This document shows, one piece after another, positions 1 through 12,242 of a stretch of DNA of 64,000 bases. A program made the translations under genes and the position numbers. Below the pieces are notes generated by a model. The model worked only from the letters and a program-made list of their open reading frames with translations. It was not told where the DNA came from and did no database searches. The stretch comes from Trueperaceae bacterium. GTDB taxonomy: Bacteria; Deinococcota; Deinococci; Deinococcales; Trueperaceae. The stretch covers positions 3,616,001 through 3,680,000 of the forward strand of contig OZ243956.1 of assembly GCA_965214405.1 (NCBI GenBank), given 5' to 3'. How positions within the stretch are numbered: position 1 is the stretch's first letter; each line of letters starts with the position of its first letter.

Positions 1-167
1 GATTGGAGGGAGTGATTCGGGAGCGCGCTGAGGCTCGAGCCCCTGTTAATGAACCGTAAAGTGAAGCTCCTCGCACTCCTCAAGACGCACGCTACGTGTA
101 AAGCTTCGCTTGGGTGTCACTTCGGCGTCCTTTAGACTGTAAGGGTTAAGAATCAGAACTGTGGGGG

Positions 168-1424
168 TTGAGAGGTCACCACGATGCGCAGCACGTCCAC
201 GAATCAACATGGCGCCTATGGCACCGGCACGAGAGCGTACAGTGTAGGAACGCGGTGAGAGAGGGCTTGGGTCAGCTTTCAGACTTTTTTGTGCGACTCT
301 TTTCCGAGTTGCGGCGTAGCCTCCTAGAGACCGTCGGCCTTTTCAACCAGGGTGACGACCGCCTAACGGGGATGCTGGCGGGCTTTCTCACCCAAATTAT
401 CGTCTCGCTCCTGCTGCTGCTCCTTTTCTGGGGCGCTTACTGGCTCCTTAGCCGGGCGCTGCGCACGGTGGTAGCGCGCTCTCGTATAAGCCAGGAAGCG
501 GTCAGCCCGCTGCGAATGGCGCTGCGTTACGCGCTCTCGCTCCTCGCGCTCTTGTCGGTCATGTCGCAGTTCGGCATCTCGCCGTTTGTTACGACCAACG
601 TCGCGCAGGGGGCGCTCATTGCGTTTGTGTTCTACATCGGCTGGCTCGTGCTCAACCGGCTCCTCACCAACACGGCAAAGCGTTACCGCCTAGACGGCTC
701 CATCGAACAGCTCCTTCGCAACGTCGTCTCGGTGGTGCTCATGGCCTTTGGCGTGGCCGCGGTGCTCGCGCAGTTCGGCATCCAAATTTTGAGCGTCATC
801 GCGGGTTTGGGTATTGTGGGTATCGCGGTGGGTTTCGCGGCGCAAGAAACCCTGTCGAACTTTATCGCGGGCGTTACGCTCTTAGTCGAGCGCCCCTTTC
901 GCATCGGCGACTGGGTCGAGATCAACGGCCAGACGGGCAAGGTGCGCGAGATAACTCTACGCACTACCCGCTTGCGGAGCCGCGACAACGTCGTGATGGC
1001 GATTCCCAACGCCAGCGTCGCCTCGTCTGACATTGTGAATTACAGCGCGGGCGGACCTCTGCGGGTGCGTATCCCCGTCGGCATCGCCTACAAAGAATCC
1101 GCCAAGCGCGCTCGAGAGGTGATGCTGCCCGTTATCCGCGCCAACGAGATGATTATGACGCGCTTGGGCTTAGGCCCCACCGTGCTGATGAGCGAACTCG
1201 GCGACTCGTCGGTGAATCTAGACATCTTCTACTGGATCGAGCCCGACCACATTGACGTGCAGCCGCGCATCTCCGCGGAGATTTTGGAGGCGTGCAAAGA
1301 GGCCCTGGACGACGCCGGGATAGAGATTCCCTTCCCGCACCTCCAGCTCTTTATCGACGAGGCCAAGGGACTCAAATCGCTCGTCGAACCCCTTTATACC
1401 GAGCGCGTGCAGGGTCAGGCTTAG
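168..1424 (+). CDS. MscS-family small-conductance mechanosensitive channel (true start may be downstream)
   Basis: Multiple TM segments, then GIAVGFAAQETLSNFIAG...ERPFRIGDWVEI...IPNA MscS signature and C-terminal GIEIPFP. Confidence 0.9.
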   Translation: MRGHHDAQHVHESTWRLWHRHESVQCRNAVREGLGQLSDFFVRLFSELRRSLLETVGLFNQGDDRLTGMLAGFLTQIIVSLLLLLLFWGAYWLLSRALRTVVARSRISQEAVSPLRMALRYALSLLALLSVMSQFGISPFVTTNVAQGALIAFVFYIGWLVLNRLLTNTAKRYRLDGSIEQLLRNVVSVVLMAFGVAAVLAQFGIQILSVIAGLGIVGIAVGFAAQETLSNFIAGVTLLVERPFRIGDWVEINGQTGKVREITLRTTRLRSRDNVVMAIPNASVASSDIVNYSAGGPLRVRIPVGIAYKESAKRAREVMLPVIRANEMIMTRLGLGPTVLMSELGDSSVNLDIFYWIEPDHIDVQPRISAEILEACKEALDDAGIEIPFPHLQLFIDEAKGLKSLVEPLYTERVQGQA

Positions 1425-1546
1425 AGCATCATCCGGTAGACAATCTCACCCACATCGTCGTCCGCGACGGTGTCTAATGATGCAAAGTCGGCTTGGCGTT
1501 TACAAGAGTTTTTTGTTTGAGTGCTTATGCTGCTACACTTTTGAAT

Positions 1547-2092
1547 GTGGTTGAACCCGTTGAAATTCACGAATACAACCCCTCGTGGAAAGAGGAGTTT
1601 AGGCGCATCGGCTTACGTTTACGCGACTCACTCGGTGACGTTGCCCGCCGCATCGACCATATCGGCTCCACGTCCGTCGAGGGTTTGGCGGCCAAACCCG
1701 TCATCGACATCCAGATTTCGGTGCGGCGGCTCGAGCCCATGACGCTCTACCTGCCCCAACTGGAAGCGTTGGGTTATGTGTGGCGTAGCGACAACCCCGA
1801 GCGAACCAAGCGCTACTTCCGCGAGCCTCCGCAGGAACGGCGCACCCACATCCACGTTCGTAAATTAGGAAGCTGGCACGAACAATTTGCGCTTCTCTTT
1901 CGAGACTACATCCGCCTACACAAGGATGACCAGCGTAAATATGAGGCGACGAAAAAGGAACTGGCCGTCCGGTACCGGCTCGAGCGACACAAATATGTCG
2001 ACGCCAAAGAGGATATCTTCTGGGAAATCATAAAGCGCGCCGACGGGTGGGCCGCCGACACGGGCTGGGACGTGGGCGCTTCAGATGTGTGA
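1547..2092 (+). CDS. GrpB-family (UPF0157) nucleotidyltransferase-like protein
   Basis: IDHIGSTSVEGLAAKPVIDI, HIHV and FRDY motifs. GTG start near 1547 follows a TACACT -10-like box; the ORF track start is 1493. Confidence 0.85.
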   Translation: MVEPVEIHEYNPSWKEEFRRIGLRLRDSLGDVARRIDHIGSTSVEGLAAKPVIDIQISVRRLEPMTLYLPQLEALGYVWRSDNPERTKRYFREPPQERRTHIHVRKLGSWHEQFALLFRDYIRLHKDDQRKYEATKKELAVRYRLERHKYVDAKEDIFWEIIKRADGWAADTGWDVGASDV

Positions 2093-2175
2093 GGACGTGC
2101 GCCTGGTATAGAACCTTACCGTCTCCTTAGGAAGCAGCGCGTATAGTGAGAGGTGCGATTTTTCCTGGAGGACGT

Positions 2176-3534
2176 ATGAAACGATGGTGGTTCGTGGCTG
2201 TGCTGGTGGCGGGTCTTTCCGTCGCGGCGGTGAACGCGCAGTTTTCCAACAATTTTTCAGACGAATTTTTGAATAGCCCCGCGGGAGAGGCGTTTATCCA
2301 GTCCTACGGCGCGCTCAAATCGAATTATTTAGACCAGGTCGATGACGACACGGTGATTCAGGGGGCGATTCAGGGCATGTTAGACGCGCTCGAGGATCCC
2401 TACACGAGCTACGCCGACCCGAGCCAGACCGCGCGGCGCAACGAGGACATGGCGGGCTCGTTCGAGGGCATCGGCGCGGTGCTCCAGCCGCGCAACCGCG
2501 AGGAGCGCACCACGGTCGAAATCATCAACGTCTACCGCGGCGGCCCCGCCTGGAACGCGGGCGTGCAGCGCGGCGACATTTTCGCCGAGGTCGACGGTGA
2601 AAGTGTTGAAGACGCGACCATTGACGACATCGTTAGTAAGGTGCGCGGGCCGCGCGGCACCGAGGTCGAACTCGGGATGCGCCGCCCCGGTAGTGACGAC
2701 CTGGTGCGTTTCACCATTGAGCGTGACACGATTCAAATTGTGGACGTCGACTCGACGATGCTGCCCAACAACGTCGGTTACGTGAGCATCCGTTCGTTCG
2801 GCAACCAGCGCGTGTACGACCAGCTCACCGAGCAGCTTGCCAAACTCAAAGAACAAGGCGCGACCTCGCTCGTTCTCGACCTGCGTGACAATCCGGGCGG
2901 TTTGTTGACTCAGGGTATCCTCGTGTCGGACGAATTTCTGACGGAAGGCGACATCGTGTTTCAGCGCGCGCGGGGCGTGACGCAGCGCCTCGCCACGGCG
3001 GACGAGGCCGCCTTTGACCTGCCGATGGTGGTGATCATCAATAAAAATTCGGCCTCCGCCTCGGAGATCGTGGCGGGCGCGCTGCAAGACAACGGTCGGG
3101 CGCTCGTCGTCGGCGAGGAGAGCTTCGGCAAGGGCGTGGGGCAGAGCGTGCTGCCGCTTTCAAACGGCGGGCAGCTCACCTACCTGTCGTTCGAGTGGCT
3201 TACCCCGGACCGCCGCAGCATCAACAAAGAGGGCGTCAAACCGGATATCGAAGCCGAAGACACGCGCTTTCCCAATGTTATTTCGGTCCAGGGTCAGGGC
3301 GCAGAGCCCGGTCAAGAAGTAGAGGTCTTGGTAGGAGGCAACGCCGTCGGCACCGCCACCGCCGACGAAGAGGGCAACTTCTCCTTTTACGAAGCGCAGG
3401 CGCGGCCCGAGCAGAGCGACACGCAGGGCCAGGCGCTTGTCAACCTAGAGACGGACAACGCGCTCAAAGTCGCCTACCAGACCGTATTGGGTTTAGACGA
3501 AAAGGAACCGACGACCGCGAGCAAAACGCAGTAA
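2176..3534 (+). CDS. ctpA: S41 carboxyl-terminal processing protease (PDZ + S41) with C-terminal extra domain
   Basis: Signal peptide, GIGA PDZ loop, DLRDNPGG, SASASEIVAGALQD, SFGKG; GGAGG RBS before ATG 2176. Confidence 0.9.
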   Translation: MKRWWFVAVLVAGLSVAAVNAQFSNNFSDEFLNSPAGEAFIQSYGALKSNYLDQVDDDTVIQGAIQGMLDALEDPYTSYADPSQTARRNEDMAGSFEGIGAVLQPRNREERTTVEIINVYRGGPAWNAGVQRGDIFAEVDGESVEDATIDDIVSKVRGPRGTEVELGMRRPGSDDLVRFTIERDTIQIVDVDSTMLPNNVGYVSIRSFGNQRVYDQLTEQLAKLKEQGATSLVLDLRDNPGGLLTQGILVSDEFLTEGDIVFQRARGVTQRLATADEAAFDLPMVVIINKNSASASEIVAGALQDNGRALVVGEESFGKGVGQSVLPLSNGGQLTYLSFEWLTPDRRSINKEGVKPDIEAEDTRFPNVISVQGQGAEPGQEVEVLVGGNAVGTATADEEGNFSFYEAQARPEQSDTQGQALVNLETDNALKVAYQTVLGLDEKEPTTASKTQ

Positions 3535-3605
3535 GCCGAGGCGCCGTCGGTTGGGGCTCGAGACGCGTAAACATTCAAAAAAGGTACGTCCTAACGCTTC
3601 GCATC

Positions 3606-3644
3606 AGGCTCGAGATATCTTCGGATGTCTCGAGCCTTTCCTTT
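3606..3644 (+). terminator. Intrinsic terminator hairpin between convergent ctpA and uxaC
   Basis: AGGCTCGAGATATC-TTCG-GATGTCTCGAGCCT: 14-bp stem with one G-U, cUUCGg loop, pyrimidine/T-rich tail. Confidence 0.7.
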
Positions 3645-3687
3645 ACCTTTCAAATCCTGTAATTGCGTCTAATGGCTTTTAGAATCT

Positions 3688-5109
3688 CTACAGCTTGTAC
3701 GTCCGTTTCGCCAAGGTGTAGGCGAGCTCGAGCGCCATACCGAAGGCGTCCTCTTCGTCTACCAAACCTCGAACGACTTCTCCCGCCAGCCAGTTGCACG
3801 TGACCCTGCGCCAGACGTCGTGCCGCGCCGGGATAGAGGCGAACGCGCGCGTGTCGTCGTTGAAACCCGCTAGGTTGTAGATGCCCGCGGTTTCGACGAC
3901 AGCGTCCAGAAACCGCTCTATCCCCTTGACCGAATCGAAAAACCACCAGGGCGGCCCGAGCCGTAGGGCCGGATAATGCCCCGCCAGGGGCGCGAGTTCG
4001 CGGCTGTAGGTGCTTTCGTCGAGCGTGAAAAGGACGAGCGTGAGGCGGGGGTCGTTGCCGTAGGCGTGAAGGAGCTCTTGAAGATTGCGCGTCCATTCGG
4101 TTTTCACAGGGATGTCCGCGCCTTTGTCGAGGCCGAAGCGCTCGAAGACAGCGCGGTTGTGGTTTCGCAGGCTGCCCGCGTGGAGCTGCATAACCAAACC
4201 GTCTTCAACGCTCATCCGGGCCATCTCCATGAGCATGTGGGCGGTAAAGCGCGCGGCGTCGCCTTCTTGGGTGTTGCCTTCTAGGGCTCGAGCAAAAATC
4301 CCCTGGGCTTCGCCCTCCGACAAGCGTTCGGTGTGCGGCGTGAGCGCGGCGTGGTCGGTGGCGGTCGCGCCCACTGCTTTGAAAAACGCTCGCCGCTCTT
4401 CTAAAGCGTTGATAAACGAGGCGTAATCTTCCACCTCAATACCCGACACCTCACTCAGCACGTCAACGTTCTTGCGCCAATTTTGAGCATCCAAATTCAC
4501 CACCGCGTCCGGGCGAAAGGTCGGGCGTACCGCCGTCCAACCTTCGGCTCTCAAGGCTTGATGAGCGTCTAAGGTGTCCGTCGCCGCGTCGGTGGTGCAT
4601 AGAGTCTCGATGTTGAAGCGCTTGAAAAGTTCTCTGGGTGCATACTCGGGGCTTGCCAGTTTGGCCTCGAGTTCATCGTAAATCCGGTCGGCACTCTCCT
4701 TGCTGGGTTTCTCCGTAATACCGAACACGCTGATGAGTTCGTCTTTGAGCCACAGGCCCGTGGGGGTGCCCGCGAAGAGGTGAAAGTTTTCGGCAAAGCG
4801 CCGCCAGATTATGCGCCCGTTCCGTTCAACAGGCGTGCCGTCCTGTGTGGGAACGCCCAGGTCCCCCAACCTCACCCCCTGGCTGTAGAGCATCCGAAAC
4901 ACGTAGTGGTCGGGGATGACGAACAATGCGGCGGGGTCTCCAAACGAAGCATTTTTGTCTGCCAGAAGCGCCGGGTTGACGTGGCCGTGTGGGCACAAGA
5001 GCGGCAGGTCTTTGACTGAGCTGTAAAGGGAGCGGGCGTGCTCGAGCCGACCCTCCTTAGAAAAAAGGCGGTCAGGAGAAAGGCTCCAACTCTGCGCCGC
5101 TCGCGTCAT
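3688..5109 (-). CDS. uxaC: Glucuronate (uronate) isomerase
   Basis: CPHGH metal motif, PDHYVFRMLYSQG, CTTD, PTFRPD, ELAPLAGHYP, GPPWWFFDS, GFNDDTRAF. Confidence 0.95.
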   Translation of the reverse strand: MTRAAQSWSLSPDRLFSKEGRLEHARSLYSSVKDLPLLCPHGHVNPALLADKNASFGDPAALFVIPDHYVFRMLYSQGVRLGDLGVPTQDGTPVERNGRIIWRRFAENFHLFAGTPTGLWLKDELISVFGITEKPSKESADRIYDELEAKLASPEYAPRELFKRFNIETLCTTDAATDTLDAHQALRAEGWTAVRPTFRPDAVVNLDAQNWRKNVDVLSEVSGIEVEDYASFINALEERRAFFKAVGATATDHAALTPHTERLSEGEAQGIFARALEGNTQEGDAARFTAHMLMEMARMSVEDGLVMQLHAGSLRNHNRAVFERFGLDKGADIPVKTEWTRNLQELLHAYGNDPRLTLVLFTLDESTYSRELAPLAGHYPALRLGPPWWFFDSVKGIERFLDAVVETAGIYNLAGFNDDTRAFASIPARHDVWRRVTCNWLAGEVVRGLVDEEDAFGMALELAYTLAKRTYKL

Positions 5110-6371
5110 AAAGGCTCACCCAAACGGTAAAGGTGCTCGCCCGCGTGCTCGACCAACAACAGGCCCTCGTCTTCGCGGTTTGCCCACTGGCGGGGCTCGA
5201 TAATCCTGTAATCCCTGTACCCAAGGTCGACCCCTTTACAGACTTCTTCGGGGATGCCGGTCGCCAGCGTGACCTGAATACGAGGCGTCTCAACCCCGTC
5301 TTGAAACGTTCCCGCCCCCTTTACATGCGTCGAGTGCGCCAGCACCGTCCAGGGAACGTGACTGTAAACCTCCCACTGCTTCAAAAAAAAGTCGCGCACG
5401 TGGTAGCCCACCTCCTCAATAAGTTTTCCGTGGGTAACGCTTATCTCTTTGATGTGAGGCGCATAAATAATCACCTCGCCACCGTCTGCAATCACGGGCT
5501 CGGTTTTATACATCGCCTTGGCCGCGGTCCAGAGGTCGTCGTAGCGCGCGGAAGGCATCGACAAGACGCTCTTGAAAGGCTCGGGTTTGTGAATGATGTT
5601 GAGCTTACTTGATAAGTCCGCCGCCGTCGCCCATGCGTTCAAGTGGTCACCAACGTAAAGCCCGTGAAGCGCGTTACCCTTCATCACCAGCTTGAGACAG
5701 GTGAGCGGCTTTCGCGCGGTGACGAACTCGGCGGCGCGGTGCAGCACGCGCCGGACGGCAGTGTCCTTGACGCCGATGGTCTCATAGCTCGTGGCGAGCG
5801 CGCCCAGCCAGTGGGTGCTGTCGATGATTTCGCGCCCGGCCACGCCCGGAAAGAGGTACTTCGCGCCGCCCGAAAAGCCCGCGACCTCGTGGGGAAACAC
5901 GGGACCCAAGATGAGGAGTTCGTCGTAGTCGAAGACAAGTTTATTGATGGTCACGGGCGTTTCTTTGGTCACTAAGCCGTTCGTGAGGCTTTGCATCTCC
6001 CCGCTCGAGACCACCCCCACCGTCGTCAGCGTGTCCGGCACATCCCAGCGGTGGTTGTAAATCTTTGACTTCGGAAACCGCGCCGCCCGCTCCCCCCCTG
6101 ACACGCCGACGAGTTTGCCAATCGCCGCCTCTGACATCGGTTGATGCGTGCCCAATGCGATGAGGTAATCCAGCCGCGCCACGTGTGCGCCCAAAATTTC
6201 ATAAAGGAGCTCGTACATGAGCGGCAACGGCGCGGTGCGGGTGCCGTCGGGGATGACGACTAAGAGGTGCTTACCGGTCACGTCTTTATGAGAGAATGCC
6301 TCCAGCAGCAGCCCCCGCACCTCCGCCTCGCTCAGCGTTTCGTTTACGCTCCCTTGCCCAATCACGTTCAT
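5106..6371 (-). CDS. LarA-family (lactate racemase domain) nickel-pincer-dependent racemase/epimerase
   Basis: IPDGTRT, ALGTH, PHEVAGFSGGAK, THW and AAK motifs correspond to LarA active-site residues. Confidence 0.85.
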   Translation of the reverse strand: MNVIGQGSVNETLSEAEVRGLLLEAFSHKDVTGKHLLVVIPDGTRTAPLPLMYELLYEILGAHVARLDYLIALGTHQPMSEAAIGKLVGVSGGERAARFPKSKIYNHRWDVPDTLTTVGVVSSGEMQSLTNGLVTKETPVTINKLVFDYDELLILGPVFPHEVAGFSGGAKYLFPGVAGREIIDSTHWLGALATSYETIGVKDTAVRRVLHRAAEFVTARKPLTCLKLVMKGNALHGLYVGDHLNAWATAADLSSKLNIIHKPEPFKSVLSMPSARYDDLWTAAKAMYKTEPVIADGGEVIIYAPHIKEISVTHGKLIEEVGYHVRDFFLKQWEVYSHVPWTVLAHSTHVKGAGTFQDGVETPRIQVTLATGIPEEVCKGVDLGYRDYRIIEPRQWANREDEGLLLVEHAGEHLYRLGEPL

Positions 6372-7175
6372 CTAAACCCCTCCAAACGCCGAAAAGCCGC
6401 CGTCCACCGGCACCACCACGCCCGTGACGAACTTTGCTGCGTCCGACGCGAGCCACACCGCCGTTCCGACGAGTTCGGCGGGTTCGCCAAAGCGGCCCAT
6501 CGGGGTGTGGTCGATGATGGTTTGACCTCGAGCCGTCAAACTGCCGTCTTCGTTAAGAAGCAGCGCGCGGTTCTGCTCGCCCACAAAAAAGCCGGGTGCA
6601 ACCGCGTTGACCCGCACCTTTTCGCCGTACTTCTGCGCCAAGTCCACGGCCAGCCACTTCGTAAAATTGTCAACCGCGGCTTTCGACGCGGCGTAACCGA
6701 CGACTCTGGTAAGGGGCTTTTGCGCCGCCATCGACGAGATGTTGATAATCGAGCCGCCCGTTTTCGCCATAGGCTCTCCAAAAACCTGCGAAGGAAAGAG
6801 CGTGCCGAGTAAGTTGAGCCTGACAACCTCTTCTAAGGCGCTCGGCTCGAGCCCAAAAAACGTCTTCCCACCCACCGCGGTCGCGCCGGGCACGTTGCCG
6901 CCCGCGGCGTTGACTAAGATGTCCACGCGGCCCCAGGTCTCAAGCAACATATCTTTGGCTTCTTTTAGCTGGACGTGCTCGAGCACGTCCGCAGGCAAGG
7001 CCAGCGCCTCACCCCCCGCCGCCCGAATCTCCGCGGCGACCTCCTCGGCCTTGCCCTCGCGCCTGCCCATCACCGCGACTTTGGCCCCCGCCTTAGCGAG
7101 TCCTCTGGCGAGTGCGCCCCCTAACACGCCCGTGCCGCCCGTGACCACCGCGACCTTGCCGCTTAGGTTGAACAT
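6372..7175 (-). CDS. SDR oxidoreductase, D-mannonate oxidoreductase (UxuB-like SDR)
   Basis: TGGTGVLG, NAAGGN, YAASK, VNAVAPGFF; first gene of the operon with uxaC. Confidence 0.8.
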   Translation of the reverse strand: MFNLSGKVAVVTGGTGVLGGALARGLAKAGAKVAVMGRREGKAEEVAAEIRAAGGEALALPADVLEHVQLKEAKDMLLETWGRVDILVNAAGGNVPGATAVGGKTFFGLEPSALEEVVRLNLLGTLFPSQVFGEPMAKTGGSIINISSMAAQKPLTRVVGYAASKAAVDNFTKWLAVDLAQKYGEKVRVNAVAPGFFVGEQNRALLLNEDGSLTARGQTIIDHTPMGRFGEPAELVGTAVWLASDAAKFVTGVVVPVDGGFSAFGGV

Positions 7176-7405
7176 TTTGGGTGGCCCCCGCCAACGTCAA
7201 CCTCGAGGCGAGTGACGTAGACCTCGCTCCGAAGACGCGCGTTTACTTCGCGCGGGTCGGCGGTTCCAAAAAAACCTAGGGCTTCGGTGAGGTTGCGTTT
7301 GGCTTTCTCAGCGCTGTCGCCTCGGCTTGCGACGTCGAGTTCGGGGCAGAGGGCGACGTAACCGTCCCGTTTTCGCTTGGTGGTGGCGGTGGGGTGTCTG
7401 GTCAT
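7163..7405 (-). CDS. HicB-family antitoxin-like small protein, orphan and possibly degenerate
   Basis: YVALCPELDVASRGDSAEKAKRNLTEAL HicB signature; TAGGAT-N6-ATG; no hicA seen; C-terminus runs into the SDR start. Confidence 0.65.
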   Translation of the reverse strand: MTRHPTATTKRKRDGYVALCPELDVASRGDSAEKAKRNLTEALGFFGTADPREVNARLRSEVYVTRLEVDVGGGHPKCST

Positions 7406-7697
7406 GCCGCTATCCTACCGCGTCGCGCTTTTTACGGCTCGAGAGCGCCGCCCGCGTCAGGTCTCGCCAGGCCTTTTTGTGACGTCCACTCCGCCGTTCC
7501 TTTTAGTTTAGATGTAGGGACAAAAGCCTGTCAGACAGCCTTTTTGAATTGATACCTCTTAAGTTGTCTTCAGGACGAGTCACAACGTTCTGGGCGTAGT
7601 TGCTTACGCTGCTTTTTTGCCTGTTACCGTTCCAAGGTGCCTTGGCTTACAGGGGCGTAACAAAGCCAACATGTTGCAGTCACTCGGAGACGGAAAG

Positions 7698-7928
7698 TGG
7701 CTCATAACGTACTTACGCATTCTGAGGGCGCTCGCGGTGGGGACGCTCGAGCTCACCGATAACCCCCTTTTGCTCCTCATGATGGACGCGTTGCTGTCCT
7801 TGAGCGTGATGATGAATGTGACCCCCCTGATCCTCATCCTGACGCCCGTTCTTTTACCCATCGTCACCGCCGACCCCGTCAACATGAGCCCGGTACATTC
7901 CGGCATCGTGCTGCTCATGAATTTGGGT
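7698..7928 (+). pseudogene. Fragment of TRAP transporter large permease (DctM)
   Basis: WLITY...LTDNPLLLL...TPLILILTPVLLPIV...PVHSGIVLLMNLG resembles internal DctM helices; only ~77 codons remain. Confidence 0.65.
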
Positions 7929-8000
7929 TTCTATAAGGAGAACCGCCTGAATGTTCAGGCGGTTCTGAATGGCCCCAACAGACCCCTGAGGCGCGGGATG

Positions 8001-8273
8001 TTAGCGTTTGGTGGTGTTGTCGTAGGTTCTTACCTCGGGGTCATGGTCACGGCGGTTACGTCCTGCGAGGCCCGCTAAACCCAAAAGCCCGAGCAAGCCG
8101 AGCAAGCCCCAGTCGAAACCGTCGTTGGTGTCGATCACCTGAGGCTGCGTTTCGACCACCTGAGGTGTGACCTCGGTCGTCGTGTCCTGCGCGTAGGCCG
8201 CGGGTAAAACTACCACGGAGAGGCCAAGGACCAAAGCGCCGGTTCGGAGTAGCTTTTTCATACGTTTCATCAT
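8001..8273 (-). CDS. WGxxGxxG-family small exported/membrane protein
   Basis: Signal peptide ending AYA-Q, DWGLLGLLGLLGLAGL motif followed by basic residues; AAAGGGGG RBS. Confidence 0.85.
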   Translation of the reverse strand: MMKRMKKLLRTGALVLGLSVVVLPAAYAQDTTTEVTPQVVETQPQVIDTNDGFDWGLLGLLGLLGLAGLAGRNRRDHDPEVRTYDNTTKR

Positions 8274-8610
8274 TCCCCCTTTTGGGTAGGACGGTGCAAA
8301 GTTCCCTTCGCGTTCGCCCACTTCGTACTCGGTGTTAATAACTCAGTGCTAGTAATAGACACGAAATGTGAGAATTACTACACTGTAATAAATTTAACAG
8401 GTGAGGTGAATCCAGATGGAAATCCAGACTGCAATTATGAAACATATTTTTAAGAGAGCACGTGTGAAGGTTTTGCCCTTTCGTTCTTACGCTTAAAGCT
8501 GTCGCGCGCTGACAAGGCTTGAGCGTCCAGAAGCAAAGCGGCTCTCTCTCGAACCGCGTGGCTCGAGCCCCGAAACGCGAAAGATCCTCGTCAGAGACGT
8601 ATCTTCCGGT

Positions 8611-11988
<3,378 letters not shown>

Positions 11989-12016
11989 GCGTTGTAGGCG
12001 TTAACGCCAAAGTGTG

Positions 12017-12055
12017 ATTCGGCCCATCTCAACGTTGAGATGGGCCGAATTTTTT
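12017..12055 (+). terminator. Intrinsic terminator after gyrB (perfect 34-bp palindrome + T-run)
   Basis: ATTCGGCCCATCTCAAC|GTTGAGATGGGCCGAAT then TTTTT. Confidence 0.85.
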
Positions 12056-12242
12056 AAGCTTGTGTGAAGGATAAAGTTGCGTCGCCTAAAGAAGGCTGTA
12101 AGTTACAGAAATTTGCTTTCAAGTTTGAATCGTCATACCCGTTGCCTCTCAAAACGTCGACGAAAACCGCTATACTCTAACCATCTCTTTGGTGGCAGGT
12201 TCGGTCTCCGGTGGACGTAATCGTTTTTGACGGGACGACAAA

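Noticed and set aside
8480..8510. RDRM/DdrO box upstream of gyrB (TTACGCTTAAAGCTGTC)
   Set aside because: Only the left half matches; not palindromic
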